64,000 bases of DNA. Origin: an uncultured delta proteobacterium (lineage in GTDB: Bacteria > Desulfobacterota > Binatia > JACPRU01). Each line of letters opens with the position of its first letter. The first letter of the stretch is position 1. Both the position numbers and the translations under genes were made by a program. Positions 1 to 11,309 of this stretch are shown here, one piece after another. The notes below the pieces were generated by a model. It was not told the origin of the DNA, did no database searches, and saw nothing but the letters and a program-made list of their open reading frames with translations. The DNA is taken from the NCBI GenBank assembly GCA_963745025.1, contig CAVUWD010000016.1, forward strand, positions 448,001 through 512,000, in the 5' to 3' direction.

Positions 1-2
1 CG

Positions 3-2094
3 TCCGGGATCGTTCGAGAGCTCGAGCTGCCGCTGGTCGCTACGGCGGAGCTCGCAAGGCGAGAAAACGACGGCGTCGCCACCGTCGCTTTCGAAGCGAG
101 CGCGAAGGATGGAAGGCTGATGCCGGCCGGCTCGGCCGGAGCGCCGCTCCCGCTTCGGTCCTTCGTCGCCAAGGGAGCATTTTCTCCGGTATCGAGAACG
201 ATCGATCTTCGCGAGCTCCACGCGGCCATCGGTTCGGCCGAGATCGATTCGACGGCGAGCGTCTCCATCGACAATCCAACCGCGGGGCTGGTCCTTCGCG
301 GCGAGCTTCGCTCGCTGCCAATCGCCGAGCTCCACCGCTTGTGGCCGCCCGACGCCGCGACCTCGACCCGCGAGTGGATCGAGCGCAACATCCGCGACGG
401 CGCAGTATCGCGCTGCCTGTTCACGCTCCGCCTTCCGGCCGCGGACGCGCGTTCCAAAGGACTCGAGGCGAATGCCGTCGACGTCCGCTTCGACTTCCAA
501 GGTCTGACCGTCGACTATCTCCGCGATCTCGCACCGCTCATGGAGGCCCGCGGCTCGGGAACGCTCAACGCCGAGCGCTTCCAAGGTCGTGTAACCGACG
601 GCAAGGTCGGGGGCCTCGAGGTCGAGGAAGGGTTGGTGGAGATTCGCTTCGGAGGGGGCCCGGCACGCTTGAAGGTGAGCGCTGACGTCTCGGGTCCGAG
701 CCAAGAGGTGCTCACGATCCTCGACCAGCCGCCGCTCGGCATCCCGGAGCGGATCGGCATTCCTGCGGGCGGCCTCGGCGGCACGAGCCGAAGCCACGTG
801 GAGGTCGAGATGCCGCTCAAGGCCGGACTCCTCTCCACGGACGTCAAGGTCACGGCGAAAAGCGAGCTTCACGACGCGAGCCTGACGAACCTCCTGGCCG
901 GAGTTGGCATCGAGGGTGCGGATCTGACGGTCCGTGTCGACGATCGAAACGTGAACGTCGAAGGGGAAAGCGCCCTGACCGGCTTACCCATGCCAGCCGC
1001 ACGGGCACGGGTGGCGGTGGCTTACATACCGAGCGTGAGCGATTCGGACGACCGTCTGGACATCGTAATCGAGGGAAGCGATCTTCTCGCCAAGGCCGTC
1101 GCAACGCTCGACGGAAAGACGATCCGTGCGCTCAGCGTCGGGCGACTCCGCTACGGCGGCAACGACCTGGCAGCCGAGCTGACGCGACTGGAGAGCGGCA
1201 GCTACCGCCTCTCGGTCGACGCGGCGAGCGTCGACCTCGAGCCGTTTCTTCGCGAGCGTGGGCCCGTCGAGCGGCTGGCCGGCACGGTACGAGCGGCTTA
1301 CGACGTCGACTTTCGCGTCGGGCGCGTGAACATCGGCCGTGGCGTCGAATTGTCGGGGGCGCAGGGTGTCGCACGTGACGAAGACGGGCGGCTGGTCGCC
1401 TTCAACGGCACTGGGAACGTTGCGGGTGCCGGAGCGTTGCGGGTCAACCTCACCGAGCAGGGACCGGTCAAGCGACTCGACGTGTCGTCGGACCGAGCCG
1501 GAGAGCTGCTGAAGGCGGTTGGCATGTTCCGAGGCGCAGAAGGCGGTCAGCTCGCGCTCGCCGGGACGGTCGATGACCGGAGCGAGAAGATCCGCGTCGA
1601 TCGGCCGGCTCGACTTTAAGGACGTCCGCGTGACGCAGGCGCCCATCGTCGCGAGGGTTCTCAGCCTCGGCTCGCTCGACGGCATCGCCAGCCTCCTCGG
1701 GGGTGCAGGGATCCTGATCTCGCGCGCGCAGATTCCCCTCACCTGGTCACGCGATCGGCTCGACGTGCGGGAAGCGACCGCCGTCGGGGCCATCGGCATC
1801 ACGGTCGACGGCAGCGTCGATCAGACGAATCGAACCTTCGACCTTCGCGGCAGCGTCTTTCCCGCCTACACGCTCAACTCGGCGCTCGGAAAGATTCCAT
1901 TCATCGGCGACTTCCTCGTCGGCGAAAAGGGCGGAGGCGTGTTCGGAATCGCGTATCGGGTCAGCGGTGATCTCGACAATCCGAACGTCGAGGCCAACCC
2001 GCTCTCTGCGCTCGCACCCGGCATGCTTCGCCGGATGTTCGTCGACCCCTTCAAGCACGAGGACGATCGCCCAAAGGAGCCTCAACAACGTTGA
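3..2094 (+). CDS. AsmA-like/YhdP (DUF3971 + AsmA_2) envelope protein, 5'-partial, one apparent frameshift near 1600
   Basis: Frame open from nt 3 to 1619. A second frame ending at 2094 carries the typical AsmA_2 C-terminus (GSVFPAYTLNSALGKIPFIGDFL..GGGVFGIAYRVSGDLDNPNVEANPLSALAPG). Confidence 0.8.
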
Positions 2095-2218
2095 ACGCGG
2101 GAGACGTGGCCCACAGCGCGCGCGGAAAGCAGAGTTTGATTCGCTTCCCAGCTCCCGGTATAAACGGCGTTTCGACTGCCGACCCTCATCGCAAACAGGG
2201 TGAGCGCGCGCGAAATGG

Positions 2219-2291
2219 TCCCCGGTAGCTCAGTCGGTAGAGCGTCCGGCTGTTAACCGGATGGTCGCTGGTTCGAGTCCGGCCCGGGGAG
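2219..2291 (+). tRNA. tRNA-Asn (GTT), CCA not encoded
   Basis: Acceptor stem TCCCCGG/CCGGGGA, D arm TAGCTCAGTCGGTAGAGC, anticodon arm TCCGG-CTGTTAA-CCGGA, T loop GGTTCGAGTCC. Confidence 0.97.
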
Positions 2292-2298
2292 TAGGAAA

Positions 2299-2334
2299 AT
2301 CGAGGGGTTGCATCTCAGGGTGCAGCCCCTCGAT
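2299..2334 (+). terminator. Hairpin just downstream of tRNA-Asn
   Basis: ATCGAGGGGTTGCA-N8-TGCAGCCCCTCGAT inverted repeat followed by GCGTTTT. Confidence 0.6.
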
Positions 2335-3031
2335 GCGTTTTGGGCATACTTCGGGCATAGTCTACTCGAGTCCTGCGCCAAAAACGGCGAGTTCGCCCGA
2401 GCGTCTACACGGCGGGTTCCCGTAGGGGAGGAGCGGCGGCGGCAGCTCGACGCAACGGTTTCGGGAGGCGTGAACCGCTTGAACTCCTTTACATAAACCG
2501 CTCTTCGATTCCTCACGCCATCGGCAAGGGGCGCAGCGACCCCCGGTCGATCAACCCTCGGAAGCGACTCGACACGCTCGCGGCCAGCGGGCCGTCGCGA
2601 ACGAGGAGCCCCCTTCTATATTGCGGTCAAGGCGGCCTCCGTCCTGGAGCCAGATCCAGATCGACATCGCGTCGTGCGGTGAGTGCACCACCCGGTGGCC
2701 GAATGACGTGTGCCGACCGCTCGCGGTCGGGGAACCCGAGCCTCTACACCGCTCGCCACGCGGCGTACGCCAAGCTGCGCGGGAAAGCCCGCTCCCACGG
2801 TCGCGTGGAACGCCCGCCTTTACGGCGATGTGGCTGTTCCTGCAAAAGCTGACGGGGATTCCCGCGACCGAGAACCATGTGCTGAAGAGCCCGGGGAGGA
2901 GTAGGGCGCCTATCAGCGCTCGAGGAGGTCGTTCGTGCTGCGGTTTCCCAAGCAAGCTTGACGGACCGCGGCTTCGAACGTCTACTGCCGCAGGCGAACG
3001 TCCGCCCAGTACCGCCACGAGGAGGCCTGCG

Positions 3032-4216
3032 ATGAGTGACATACGCCCTTTTCGCTTCGAGATCCCCGACGGCGCCCTTCGCGACCTGAAGCGGCGCCTG
3101 AGCGAGACGCGCTGGCCCGATCGAGAGACACCGCAGGATTGGAGCCAGGGCGTGCCGCTCGCCTACACGCAGGAGGTGTGCGAGTACTGGCGCACGCGGT
3201 ACGATTGGCGGCGCTGCGAGGCAGCGCTGAACGCCTTGCCGCAGTTCATCACCAATATCGACGATCTCGACATCCAGTTCATCCACCTGCGCTCGAAGCA
3301 CGAGGATGCGCTGCCGATGATCGTCACCCACGGCTGGCCGGGCTCGGTGATCGAGTTCCTTAAGGTGCTGGGGCCGCTGACCGATCCGACCGCGCACGGC
3401 GGTGACGCCGCGGATGCCTTTCACGTGGTGTGCCCGACGCTGCCTGGCTTCGGGTTCTCTGGCAAGCCATCCGCGCCCGGCTGGGGCGTCGAACACGTCG
3501 GCCGTGCATGGGGGCAACTCATGGCGCGTCTCGGCTACGACCGCTACGTCGCGCAGGGCGGCGACTGGGGCTCGGCCGTAACGCACGCGATGGGCCTGTC
3601 GGAAACCGAGCACTGCATCGCCATGCACACCAACATGCCGCTGCTCTCGCCGAGCGAGGCAGTGATGAAGGATCTGACGGAGCAGGAGCAGTCGGCGCTC
3701 GCCGGCTTCCAGCATTACTGGGATTGGGACTCTGGCTACTCCAAGGAGCAGAGCACCCGCCCGCAGACAGTCGGCTACGGCCTGGTCGACTCGCCGGTCG
3801 CGCAGTGCGCGTGGATCCTGGAGAAGTTCTGGTGCTGGACCGATTGCGATGGCCATCCCGAGAACGCGCTCACGCGCGACGAGATGCTCGACAACATCAT
3901 GCTGTACTGGCTGCCGGGCGCGGGCGCCTCCTCGGCGCGCATCTACTGGGAGAGCTTCCGCCTGCTCCTCGAGCCGAAGCCGCAGATCCACATGCCGGCG
4001 GGCGCCAGCATCTTCCCGCACGAGATCTTCCGTGCGTCGAAGCGTTGGTGCGAGGAGCGTTACACCAAGCTCATCCACTACAACGTGCTCGACAAGGGTG
4101 GCCACTTCGCCGCGTTCGAGCAGCCGGCCACGTTCGTGAACGAGGTGCGCACTTGCTTCCGTCAGGTGCGACTGCCCGCCGAACCTCATGCCGCCGACGG
4201 AGCGGCGTCCGGGTGA
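3032..4216 (+). CDS. Epoxide hydrolase (EHN + alpha/beta hydrolase)
   Basis: HGWPGS, AQGGDWG nucleophile and GGHFAAFEQP motifs; GAGGAGG RBS before ATG 3032. Confidence 0.93.
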   Translation: MSDIRPFRFEIPDGALRDLKRRLSETRWPDRETPQDWSQGVPLAYTQEVCEYWRTRYDWRRCEAALNALPQFITNIDDLDIQFIHLRSKHEDALPMIVTHGWPGSVIEFLKVLGPLTDPTAHGGDAADAFHVVCPTLPGFGFSGKPSAPGWGVEHVGRAWGQLMARLGYDRYVAQGGDWGSAVTHAMGLSETEHCIAMHTNMPLLSPSEAVMKDLTEQEQSALAGFQHYWDWDSGYSKEQSTRPQTVGYGLVDSPVAQCAWILEKFWCWTDCDGHPENALTRDEMLDNIMLYWLPGAGASSARIYWESFRLLLEPKPQIHMPAGASIFPHEIFRASKRWCEERYTKLIHYNVLDKGGHFAAFEQPATFVNEVRTCFRQVRLPAEPHAADGAASG

Positions 4217-4250
4217 AACCGTTACCGTCGGCGAAGCCGCCGAGAGGTGA

Positions 4251-4508
4251 TACGCGGGACTCGAAGCGCAGCGCCGAAGAAGAAGTCTTCTCACGCAGAC
4301 CCGAAGCTACCTCGACGGCGTGATCCTGCCGTTCTGGAAGGACACGCTACTGGCGGACGTGAACGCCGGGGAGGTGAGGTTCCAGACCTCCGTGCTCGCG
4401 CGTAAGCGCACCCGCCGCGATCGCGATAGCGGCAAGATCGAGGAGGCGCCCATCCGCGTGAAGACCGCGCGCAACATCGTCGGCGGTCACTTCCGGGCGA
4501 CCTACTGA
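4251..4508 (+). pseudogene. Tyrosine integrase core-binding (SAM-like) domain remnant
   Basis: RSYLDGVILPFWKDTLLADVNAGEV...IRVKTARNIVGGHFRA matches the phage-integrase N-terminal pattern; no catalytic domain follows. Confidence 0.6.
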
Positions 4509-4534
4509 TTACGAATTCTCTCCAAGACCCAACG

Positions 4535-4643
4535 GAGAGCAACCAGGAGCAACCAACTCCGCCCACGGACGAGGATTCGGAGTGAGGCGAGGTGCTCCTG
4601 GTTCGGGCTGGTTGGTCCTGGTGTGGTAGCAGAGCGGTAGCAG
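4535..4643 (+). repeat. ~110 bp att-like element, copy 1
   Basis: AACCAGGAGCA...TGCTCCTGGTT 11-bp inverted repeat plus tandem GGTAGCAG x2; second copy at 6157-6264. Confidence 0.8.
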
Positions 4644-4767
4644 GCGCTGTTTTCGGGCGCGGAAGAACAGAGCCGTCGCGCACCGACGCGGGCGGCTCTA
4701 CGAATCACTCGACTGCTGTTGCGCTCCGCTCGGCGAGCACTATCGGCTGACGAGCCCCTTGTGCGCT

Positions 4768-4818
4768 CCGTAAAAACGGGCGTAGCGTGGAAGAAGTCGC
4801 AGAGGTGGTTAGCGTCCG
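4768..4818 (+). repeat. ~50 bp repeat, copy 1
   Basis: CCGTAAAAACGGGCGTAGCGTG..AGAAGTCG..G.GGTGG...GCGTCCG; second copy at 5923-5973. Confidence 0.75.
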
Positions 4819-4904
4819 AGATCGATCGTTATGGCAACGCAACTCGGCCGCTTCATCCCATCTATCCTCAAGCCGGCATGACGGAGGTTAGACGGCAGGA
4901 ATAC

Positions 4905-5333
4905 ATGCCCCATCCTTTCGCCATCAAGGCCATCGATCACGTCGTGCTCCGGGTCACCAATCTCGAGGCCGCGCTGCGGTTCTACACGAAAGTGCTGGGC
5001 GGTACGCTCGAGAAGGTGCAGGAGCAGATCGGCCTCTACCAGGTCAGGGCCGGCCAATCCCTGATCGACCTCGTGCCGATCAGCGGGAAGCTCGGCGCTC
5101 TGGGCGGAGCGGCGCCGGGCCCGGAGGGCCGCAACGTCGATCACTTCTGCCTGAGAGTGGAGCCGTTCGACGGTGATGCAATCCGGCAGCACCTCGCGTC
5201 CAAGGGCTTCGCGGCCGGCAAAGTGGAATCCCGCTATGGCGCGGACGGCCAGGGGCCTTCAATCTATGTGACCGATCCGGACGGCAACGTCGTTGAGCTC
5301 AAGGGACCGCCCTGGGAATCCGGCGGCGCGTGA
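4905..5333 (+). CDS. VOC/glyoxalase family protein
   Basis: IDHVVLRV..ALRFY, NVDHFCLRV and DPDGNVVELK motifs. Confidence 0.9.
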   Translation: MPHPFAIKAIDHVVLRVTNLEAALRFYTKVLGGTLEKVQEQIGLYQVRAGQSLIDLVPISGKLGALGGAAPGPEGRNVDHFCLRVEPFDGDAIRQHLASKGFAAGKVESRYGADGQGPSIYVTDPDGNVVELKGPPWESGGA

Positions 5334-5371
5334 GAATCGGTTTTTCGAGCAGCACACGCAAGGAAGTGACC

Positions 5372-5851
5372 ATGAAGATTCCGACGATCGAGCAAGTCAA
5401 GATACAAGCCAAAGTGCTGGTCCCGCTGGTCAAAGCCCTCCAGGCGGAACTGGGCGAGCAGCGGGCGAACGCCATCGTCCGAAAGGCGCTCGGCGACTTG
5501 TATCGCGGGTACGGCGAGAAGTGGTGGCGGGCGCAGCAAGCGGGCAACCTCGGCGAGAAGATAGCCGGGGTGTTCGAGGCATTCGCGGCTGGAGACGCTC
5601 TGGACTACGAGGTGGTCAAGCAGGGCCCGGATGCGTTCGACGTGAACGTCACCGGATGTCGCTATGCGAAGTTCTACAAAGAGATGGGTGCGCCCGAGCT
5701 GGGCTTTTTGCTCGTGTGCGGTTCGGACTTTCCCATGGCGGAGGGTTTTGGTCCCGGCGTACAGCTCAAGCGCACACAGACGATCATGCAGGGGGCCAGT
5801 CACTGTGACTTTCGCTATGCACTGAAGAAGACGGAGAAGCCGGCGCCCTGA
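5372..5851 (+). CDS. ATC-hydrolase (L-2-amino-thiazoline-4-carboxylate hydrolase-like) family protein
   Basis: VTGCRYAKFY...LLVC..D...RTQTIMQGASHCDFRY signature. Confidence 0.85.
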   Translation: MKIPTIEQVKIQAKVLVPLVKALQAELGEQRANAIVRKALGDLYRGYGEKWWRAQQAGNLGEKIAGVFEAFAAGDALDYEVVKQGPDAFDVNVTGCRYAKFYKEMGAPELGFLLVCGSDFPMAEGFGPGVQLKRTQTIMQGASHCDFRYALKKTEKPAP

Positions 5852-5922
5852 CATGCTGTTGGAGCCAGCGTCGGCAAACCGGCAAGGTTCAACGCGGGCG
5901 CTGGTTGATGGCAGACTCGAGG

Positions 5923-5973
5923 CCGTAAAAACGGGCGTAGCGTGCGAGAAGTCGGAGGGGTGGCTCGCGTCCG
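5923..5973 (+). repeat. ~50 bp repeat, copy 2
   Basis: Direct repeat of 4768-4818; first 22 nt identical. Confidence 0.75.
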
Positions 5974-6012
5974 GCATCCGGGCTTATGTCGACTTCGGGC
6001 GTTTATGCCGAC

Positions 6013-6087
6013 ATGGCCAAGGCAAACGACGAGATGGCGCACTGGCAGGAGTACGACTACATCGTGGTCAACCGCGACCTCGACGAC
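6013..6087 (+). pseudogene. Guanylate kinase C-terminal scrap
   Basis: MAKANDEMAHWQEYDYIVVNRDLDD resembles the Gmk C-terminal EYDYxxVNxDLD motif. Confidence 0.55.
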
Positions 6088-6156
6088 AGAACACGTACCG
6101 GAACCCGAAGACGCGGGGCTGCGGCGTGACTCACTGAGATACTGCAGGAACCGACC

Positions 6157-6264
6157 GAGAGCAACCAGGAGCACCAACCCGGCCTACGGATGAGGATCCG
6201 GAGTGATACGAGGTGCTCCTGGTTCGGGCTGGTTCGCAGTGGTTTGGTAGCAGCGCGGTAGCAG
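6157..6264 (+). repeat. ~110 bp att-like element, copy 2
   Basis: Direct repeat of 4535-4643 with the same inverted repeat and GGTAGCAG doublet. Confidence 0.8.
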
Positions 6265-6371
6265 AAACGGGGCTCGTTCGACCAAGAGCACATTAGTCGT
6301 CCGCCGCAAGGAAGCCGCCCTCCGGCTGGCTCACAATTGAACCCGAGCGCCGCCCGCCCGCGGCTGCGTGG

Positions 6372-7447
6372 CTAGAAGTCGAACTTGCCGAATGAGCCCA
6401 GATCCTTGCAGGCTTTCACCAGGCGGGCGGTGAAGCCCTTCTCGCCCAGGTGCATCCAGCCGCGCGGATCGATGTAGCGCTTGTTGGGCTTGTCGGGGCC
6501 TTCGGGGTTGCCGAGCTGCGCCTGCAGGTAGGCGCTCTTTTCGTCCATGAACTTCTTGATCGGCTGCGTGAACGCCCACTGCGTGTCGGTGTCGATGTTC
6601 ATCTTCACGACGCCGTAGGAGACCGCCTCGCGGATCTCCTCCTCGGTCGAGCCCGGAGCCGCCGTGGAACACGAAGCTCACCGGCTCGGCGCCGGTCTTG
6701 CGCTTCTCGGCGATGAACCTCTGCGAATCGCGCAGGATCGTCGGCTTGAGCTTCACGTTGCCGGGCGCGTAGACGCCGTGCGTGTTGCCGAACGCGGCGG
6801 CGACCGTGAAGCTGCCGACCGGGTTCAGCGCGTCGTACGCCTTGAGCACGTCTTCGGGCTGCGTGTAGAGGCTGCGAATGATCGGCGCCCGAGTGGTCGA
6901 CGCCGTCCTCCTCGCCGCCCGTGACGCCGAGCTCGATCTCCAGCGTCATGTTCATCTTGGCGATGCGCGCCAGCGTGCGCCGGCTGATCTCGATGTTCTC
7001 GTCGAGCGACTGCTCCGACAGGTCGAGCATGTGCGAGCTGAACAGCGGCTCGCCGTTCTTCGCGAAGTACTCCTCGCCGGCAGCGATCACGCCTTCGACC
7101 CACGGCAGCAGCTTCTTCGCGCAGTGATCGGTGTGCAGCACGGCGGGGACGCCGTAGACCTTGGCCAGCCTCCGCACGTGCAGCGCGCCCGCGATCGAGC
7201 CCGCGATCGACGCCTGCTGCTGGCCGTTGTCCAGCGTCTTGCCCGCGAAAAACTGCGAACCCGTGTGCGAGAGCTGGATGATGATCGGCGCCTTGGCCTC
7301 CTTCGCCGCGGCCAGCGCGGCGTTGGCTGAGCTGGAGCCGATCACGTTCACCGCGGGAAGCGCGCAGTCGACTTCCTTGCAGTAAGCGAAGAGCTCTCGG
7401 AGGGCATTGCCGGTGATGACTCCAGAGGACAGCTTGAGATTGGCCAT
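6372..7447 (-). CDS. fbaA: Class II fructose-bisphosphate aldolase, split by two frameshifts (~6870, ~6655)
   Basis: LPAVNV, LHTDHC, SSHMLDLS, EIELGVTGGEEDGVD, AFGNTHGVY, FVFHGGSG and KMNIDTDTQWA spread over three frames. Confidence 0.9.
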
Positions 7448-7534
7448 GGCGGTTGTTGGCGGGCAGTATAGTCGAGACGACTACCGACGACGATAGCGTC
7501 GCAACTGGGCGGGGAAAGCCCGCCAAGGAAAGAG

Positions 7535-7807
7535 ATGACGCCCGATCCGACCTGCACCCACCTCGAGGCGATCGAAACCGTGAAGCACGCCGATCGGCGC
7601 GAGTGCGAGGAGTGCGTCCGCATCAGCGCCCGCTGGGTACACCTCAGGACCTGTCAGGAGTGCGGCGGCACGCGCTGCTGCGACAGTTCTCCGAACCGGC
7701 ACGCCAGCAAGCACGCCGGCGCCAGCGGTCACTCGGTGATCGCCTCGGCCGAGCCCGGCGAGCGGTGGCTGTACTGCTATCCCGACGACGCCTTGGCCGA
7801 GTACTGA
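7535..7807 (+). CDS. UBP-type zinc finger protein
   Basis: CEEC..WVHLRTCQECG..CCDSSPNRHASKH...EPGERW. Confidence 0.9.
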   Translation: MTPDPTCTHLEAIETVKHADRRECEECVRISARWVHLRTCQECGGTRCCDSSPNRHASKHAGASGHSVIASAEPGERWLYCYPDDALAEY

Positions 7808-8004
7808 GCGCGCTGCGATGGCCCGACCAGGGGCCCCCGGAGGTAGTAGCTGCATGCCTTCAGCCAGACTCCGAACAGCGCGATGCCGACCAGGAGCGCG
7901 ATCCACAACGAAGATCCCGTGGCGGCGCTAGTGGGATAGGGTGGTCAGCGTCAGCGAACGAGGCGTTATGTAGCTTTCGGGCCTTTGTAGCGGCTATTCC
8001 CAGG

Positions 8005-8349
8005 CTACTTCGGCTGCGGCACGATCCGTAGATAGGGCTTCGGCGCCTTCCAGCCCGCGGGATACGTCTTCTTTGCGTCCTCGTCGGAGACGGCGGGGAC
8101 GATAATCACGTCCTGCCCCTGCTTCCAGTTCACGGGCGTGGCCACCTTGTGCTTGGCCGTCAGCTGGCAGGAGTCCAGCAGCCGCAGCACCTCGTCAAAG
8201 TTGCGGCCGGTCGACATCGGGTAGGTCAGCATCGCCTTCACCTTCTTGTCGGGTCCGATCACGAAGACCGAGCGCACGGTCGCATTGTCGGCGGCCGTCC
8301 GGCCCTGCGAGCTGGAGCCAGAGCCCTCCGGCTTCGGCTTCCCGATCAA
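8005..8349 (-). pseudogene. 1-Cys peroxiredoxin, C-terminal half only
   Basis: TVRSVFVIGPDKKVK..YPMSTGRNFDEVLR..ATPVNW..PYLR present; N-terminal peroxidatic Cys region absent. Confidence 0.8.
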
Positions 8350-8673
8350 TCACACGATCGGCGTATCCGCGGTCAACGTGTTGAGTCTCGTTCGCGTCGA
8401 AGCTCCCCGAAGAGGTCTTCAACGTCGATACGCTGGTCGAACGGGGACGCTAGCTCCGATCGAACTCTCGCCCCCTTGGCGTGCGGGGGCGGATAGCCGG
8501 CATTAGCGTCCGCGGACGTGAAACTCGACCTCGCACTCTAACCATCCCTCCCACGTCTCCAGCATACTCATGCTATGATCTTGCGGGTCTGAGACGCGGC
8601 CGCATGCCGCTGAGAAGATGTTTCTTGTGAGCAGTGGCGGCCGTTTCCAGGTCAACGCGAAAGAGCATCGCAG

Positions 8674-9522
8674 ATGAAGGCCCTTGCCAAACCCCTCGGT
8701 AACGTTCTCGCGGCGGTAGATCTCTCGGGGGCGTCGGCGGCCGTCATCGAGCGGGCTGCGCGGCTTTCCACCACCCGGGGCGCATCGATCACGCTGTTCC
8801 ACGTGGTCCCACAAGGGCGCGCGCTCTCCGCAGCGCCGGCGGAGCAAGAGATCCAGCGCACCTTGACGGCCGGTGCCGCGCGACTTTCGGAGCTTGCCGG
8901 CGAGGGAGTGGGGGTGTTCACCGCAATCGGACACGGCACTCCATTCGTCGAAATCATCCGGCGCGCACGCGACGAGCGGGCCGAGCTGGTGGTGCTCGGG
9001 CGTCACGGCCACAGGACCTTCGCCGAGGCGCTCATGGGCTCGACGGCCGAGCGGGTGTTTCGCCAGGGCGACGCTGCTACACTGATCGTCGGCCGCGCGC
9101 CCGAGGCAGGGTACAGGCGGCCGATGGTCGCAGTCGATCTGTCGGACACGTCACGGCGGGCCCTCGAGCTAGCTCTTCGGGTGGTTGATCCGCAAGCGGA
9201 CCCAATCGAGGTCGTGCATTCTTGGGACATGGCCGCCGTGGGCTACCCCGAGGAGCGGGACGGCAGCGCGCTCGGCAGATTCTTGGCCGAGTTCGGCACC
9301 GCGGCAGAGCGCTGGCACGTGACCGTGCGACCCGGCGATGCGCGGGCGGTCATCCTGGCCGAGGCCGCACGACGGAACGTCGATCTGCTCGTGCTGGGAA
9401 CCCACGGCCGTTCAGGTTTCATGCGTCTCCTCGTGGGCAGCGTGGCCGAGGCGGTCGTCCGCGCCGCAACGTGCGACGTCCTCGTTGCCCGCGCCTTGAA
9501 GCGTGACTTCCAGCCCCTCTGA
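8674..9522 (+). CDS. Tandem universal stress protein
   Basis: Two Usp domains (AVDLS...LVVLG..G...MGSTAERV; LLVLGTHG...VGSVAEAV). Confidence 0.9.
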   Translation: MKALAKPLGNVLAAVDLSGASAAVIERAARLSTTRGASITLFHVVPQGRALSAAPAEQEIQRTLTAGAARLSELAGEGVGVFTAIGHGTPFVEIIRRARDERAELVVLGRHGHRTFAEALMGSTAERVFRQGDAATLIVGRAPEAGYRRPMVAVDLSDTSRRALELALRVVDPQADPIEVVHSWDMAAVGYPEERDGSALGRFLAEFGTAAERWHVTVRPGDARAVILAEAARRNVDLLVLGTHGRSGFMRLLVGSVAEAVVRAATCDVLVARALKRDFQPL

Positions 9523-9720
9523 ACCGCCTCGTGCTCGTTCGCTCGCGCCACTCAGCATGCTTTTCGCCGCCGGCTGTCTGCGCGGGCACGCGGCGTCGCG
9601 GATAGGTTCCGCGGGGGCGGGCAATCGTCGACGAGGGGAGATGCGTCACTCGCGGCGCATCAAACGGTTGATCTCCGCATAGCCGCCCACGCCCGAATGC
9701 GTCCTGGATGGCCCGGCGTC

Positions 9721-10317
9721 TCACGAAGGAGTTGGCGCGCTGTCCGCAGGCTCCGGCTTCGCCCCCTCCCCCCGATCCTTCCGTCGCTGCGCCCCACTCC
9801 GCATGGTGACGAACGTCACCGTGTCCCAGGCATTGTGGATCCCGATGAACACGAGCAACAGGACCGCCGTGCCGATGGCCAGCATCGCGCCTCCTGCCCC
9901 GCGCCCCAGCGCCAGCCCAGCCACGAGCAGCACCAGGTAGGCCATCACCGGCAGGACCGCGTGCCACACCCAGTCCTCGAACACGGGCTGGTATTCCTGC
10001 TGCCGGCGCGCGCGCCTTGCCACGACCACCGAATAGATCTCGCCGATGGCCCCGTAGATCGCCACGGCGAGTCCCGCGGCCCCCAGGCCGCTCCACGGCA
10101 CCGACAGGATCGCCGCCACCAGCAGCGCCGCGCAGAAGTGCACCACGTTGGGCGTCCCGAACGCCGAGATGGACTCCCCGCGTCCGCGGGCCATGTCCGT
10201 CTGCGCAATCAGGGTCATCACCACGAACTGCAGCCCGGTCAGCGCCCCGGCCGACGAGCCAAGAATGACGTAGAAGTTCCCCCACGCTTCCAGTGAGGGG
10301 GCGAGACCTGGGGGCAT
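9721..10317 (-). CDS. Conserved membrane protein
   Basis: Several TM helices; W.NFY...GSSAGALTGLQFV and IGIHNAWD motifs. Confidence 0.7.
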   Translation of the reverse strand: MPPGLAPSLEAWGNFYVILGSSAGALTGLQFVVMTLIAQTDMARGRGESISAFGTPNVVHFCAALLVAAILSVPWSGLGAAGLAVAIYGAIGEIYSVVVARRARRQQEYQPVFEDWVWHAVLPVMAYLVLLVAGLALGRGAGGAMLAIGTAVLLLVFIGIHNAWDTVTFVTMRSGAQRRKDRGEGAKPEPADSAPTPS

Positions 10318-10351
10318 GGCAATCCTCCCCGGCGGGCGCCGGTTGGTGGTA

Positions 10352-10730
10352 TTACTCCGAAGGCTTGGATGGCTCCGTGTCGAGCGTCATCTCGACCATG
10401 GTATCGCGGAAGCCCAACTGCGCGAACAGACGCTGCGCGGACTCGTTGCCCGACTTGCTCCACAGCACGATCTGGGATCTCCCGTTCGAGCGAATCCAAT
10501 CGATCGCGGCGCGGAGCAGCGCTTTTCCCACGCCCTGCCGGCGCGCGCGCTCGAGGACATACACGTCGTGGACGAAGCCGCACGGGCCGCGAAGGTCCTT
10601 CCAGCTGATCGGCATGAGTTGCGCGAAGACGTAGCCGACGACCTGGCCTGCATCTTCGGCTACCAGGACGAGGCAGTCCGGCTCCGAGAGCTGCGAGACG
10701 AGGAAGCGACCGAGACAACCACTCAACTCC
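10352..10730 (-). CDS. GNAT N-acetyltransferase, N-terminus probably lost
   Basis: VHDVYV..RARRQGVGKALL and N..AQRLF..LGF motifs. Confidence 0.75.
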
Positions 10731-11309
10731 ACTCTTACACCGGCCCCTTGGAACGGGGAACTCAAAGAGATGGCCCCGGCCGTTTCTGGCCATTTCCTGC
10801 CGCTCGAAGCGTCCGCCGGAATGTTCCAGGTTTTCAATCCCTCCCGTAGCGTGGGTGCCATCGTCGCCACCTGCTCGAAACAGGATTTCCCGTTCGTCGC
10901 GGATGCGCCCGCGGCCAGGTCGTCGCCTGGGCCTCGAGAGTCGCCACTCGCTGGGCCAGGTCCTCAAGCCCAGCGGCCCGTCGTCTTGGGGTGGAGCGTC
11001 GATGTTGGGCCGTGGTAGCCTCTTGCGTGTCGCGTCCGGCGACGCAACCTAACGCTGGGATGTCGGGCGGTGCGACGACGACGAGAGGGGTGATGCCTTA
11101 AACTGGTCCTCGAGGAAATCGCGTAGGCGGGATTCCCGCGCACGAGGGGCACAGCGTCGTCGGCGCACCGCGTGGGTGCCAGACGCGTCAGACCGGGCAG
11201 CGCGGCCCGATGCGTGATTCACGAGAGCCGTGAGGTAGGCGACCGGCCGACGGCCGCGACATCACGGCGCGATGCTGCGCCAAACCGAACGACGGGAAAG
11301 GGGGCACAC

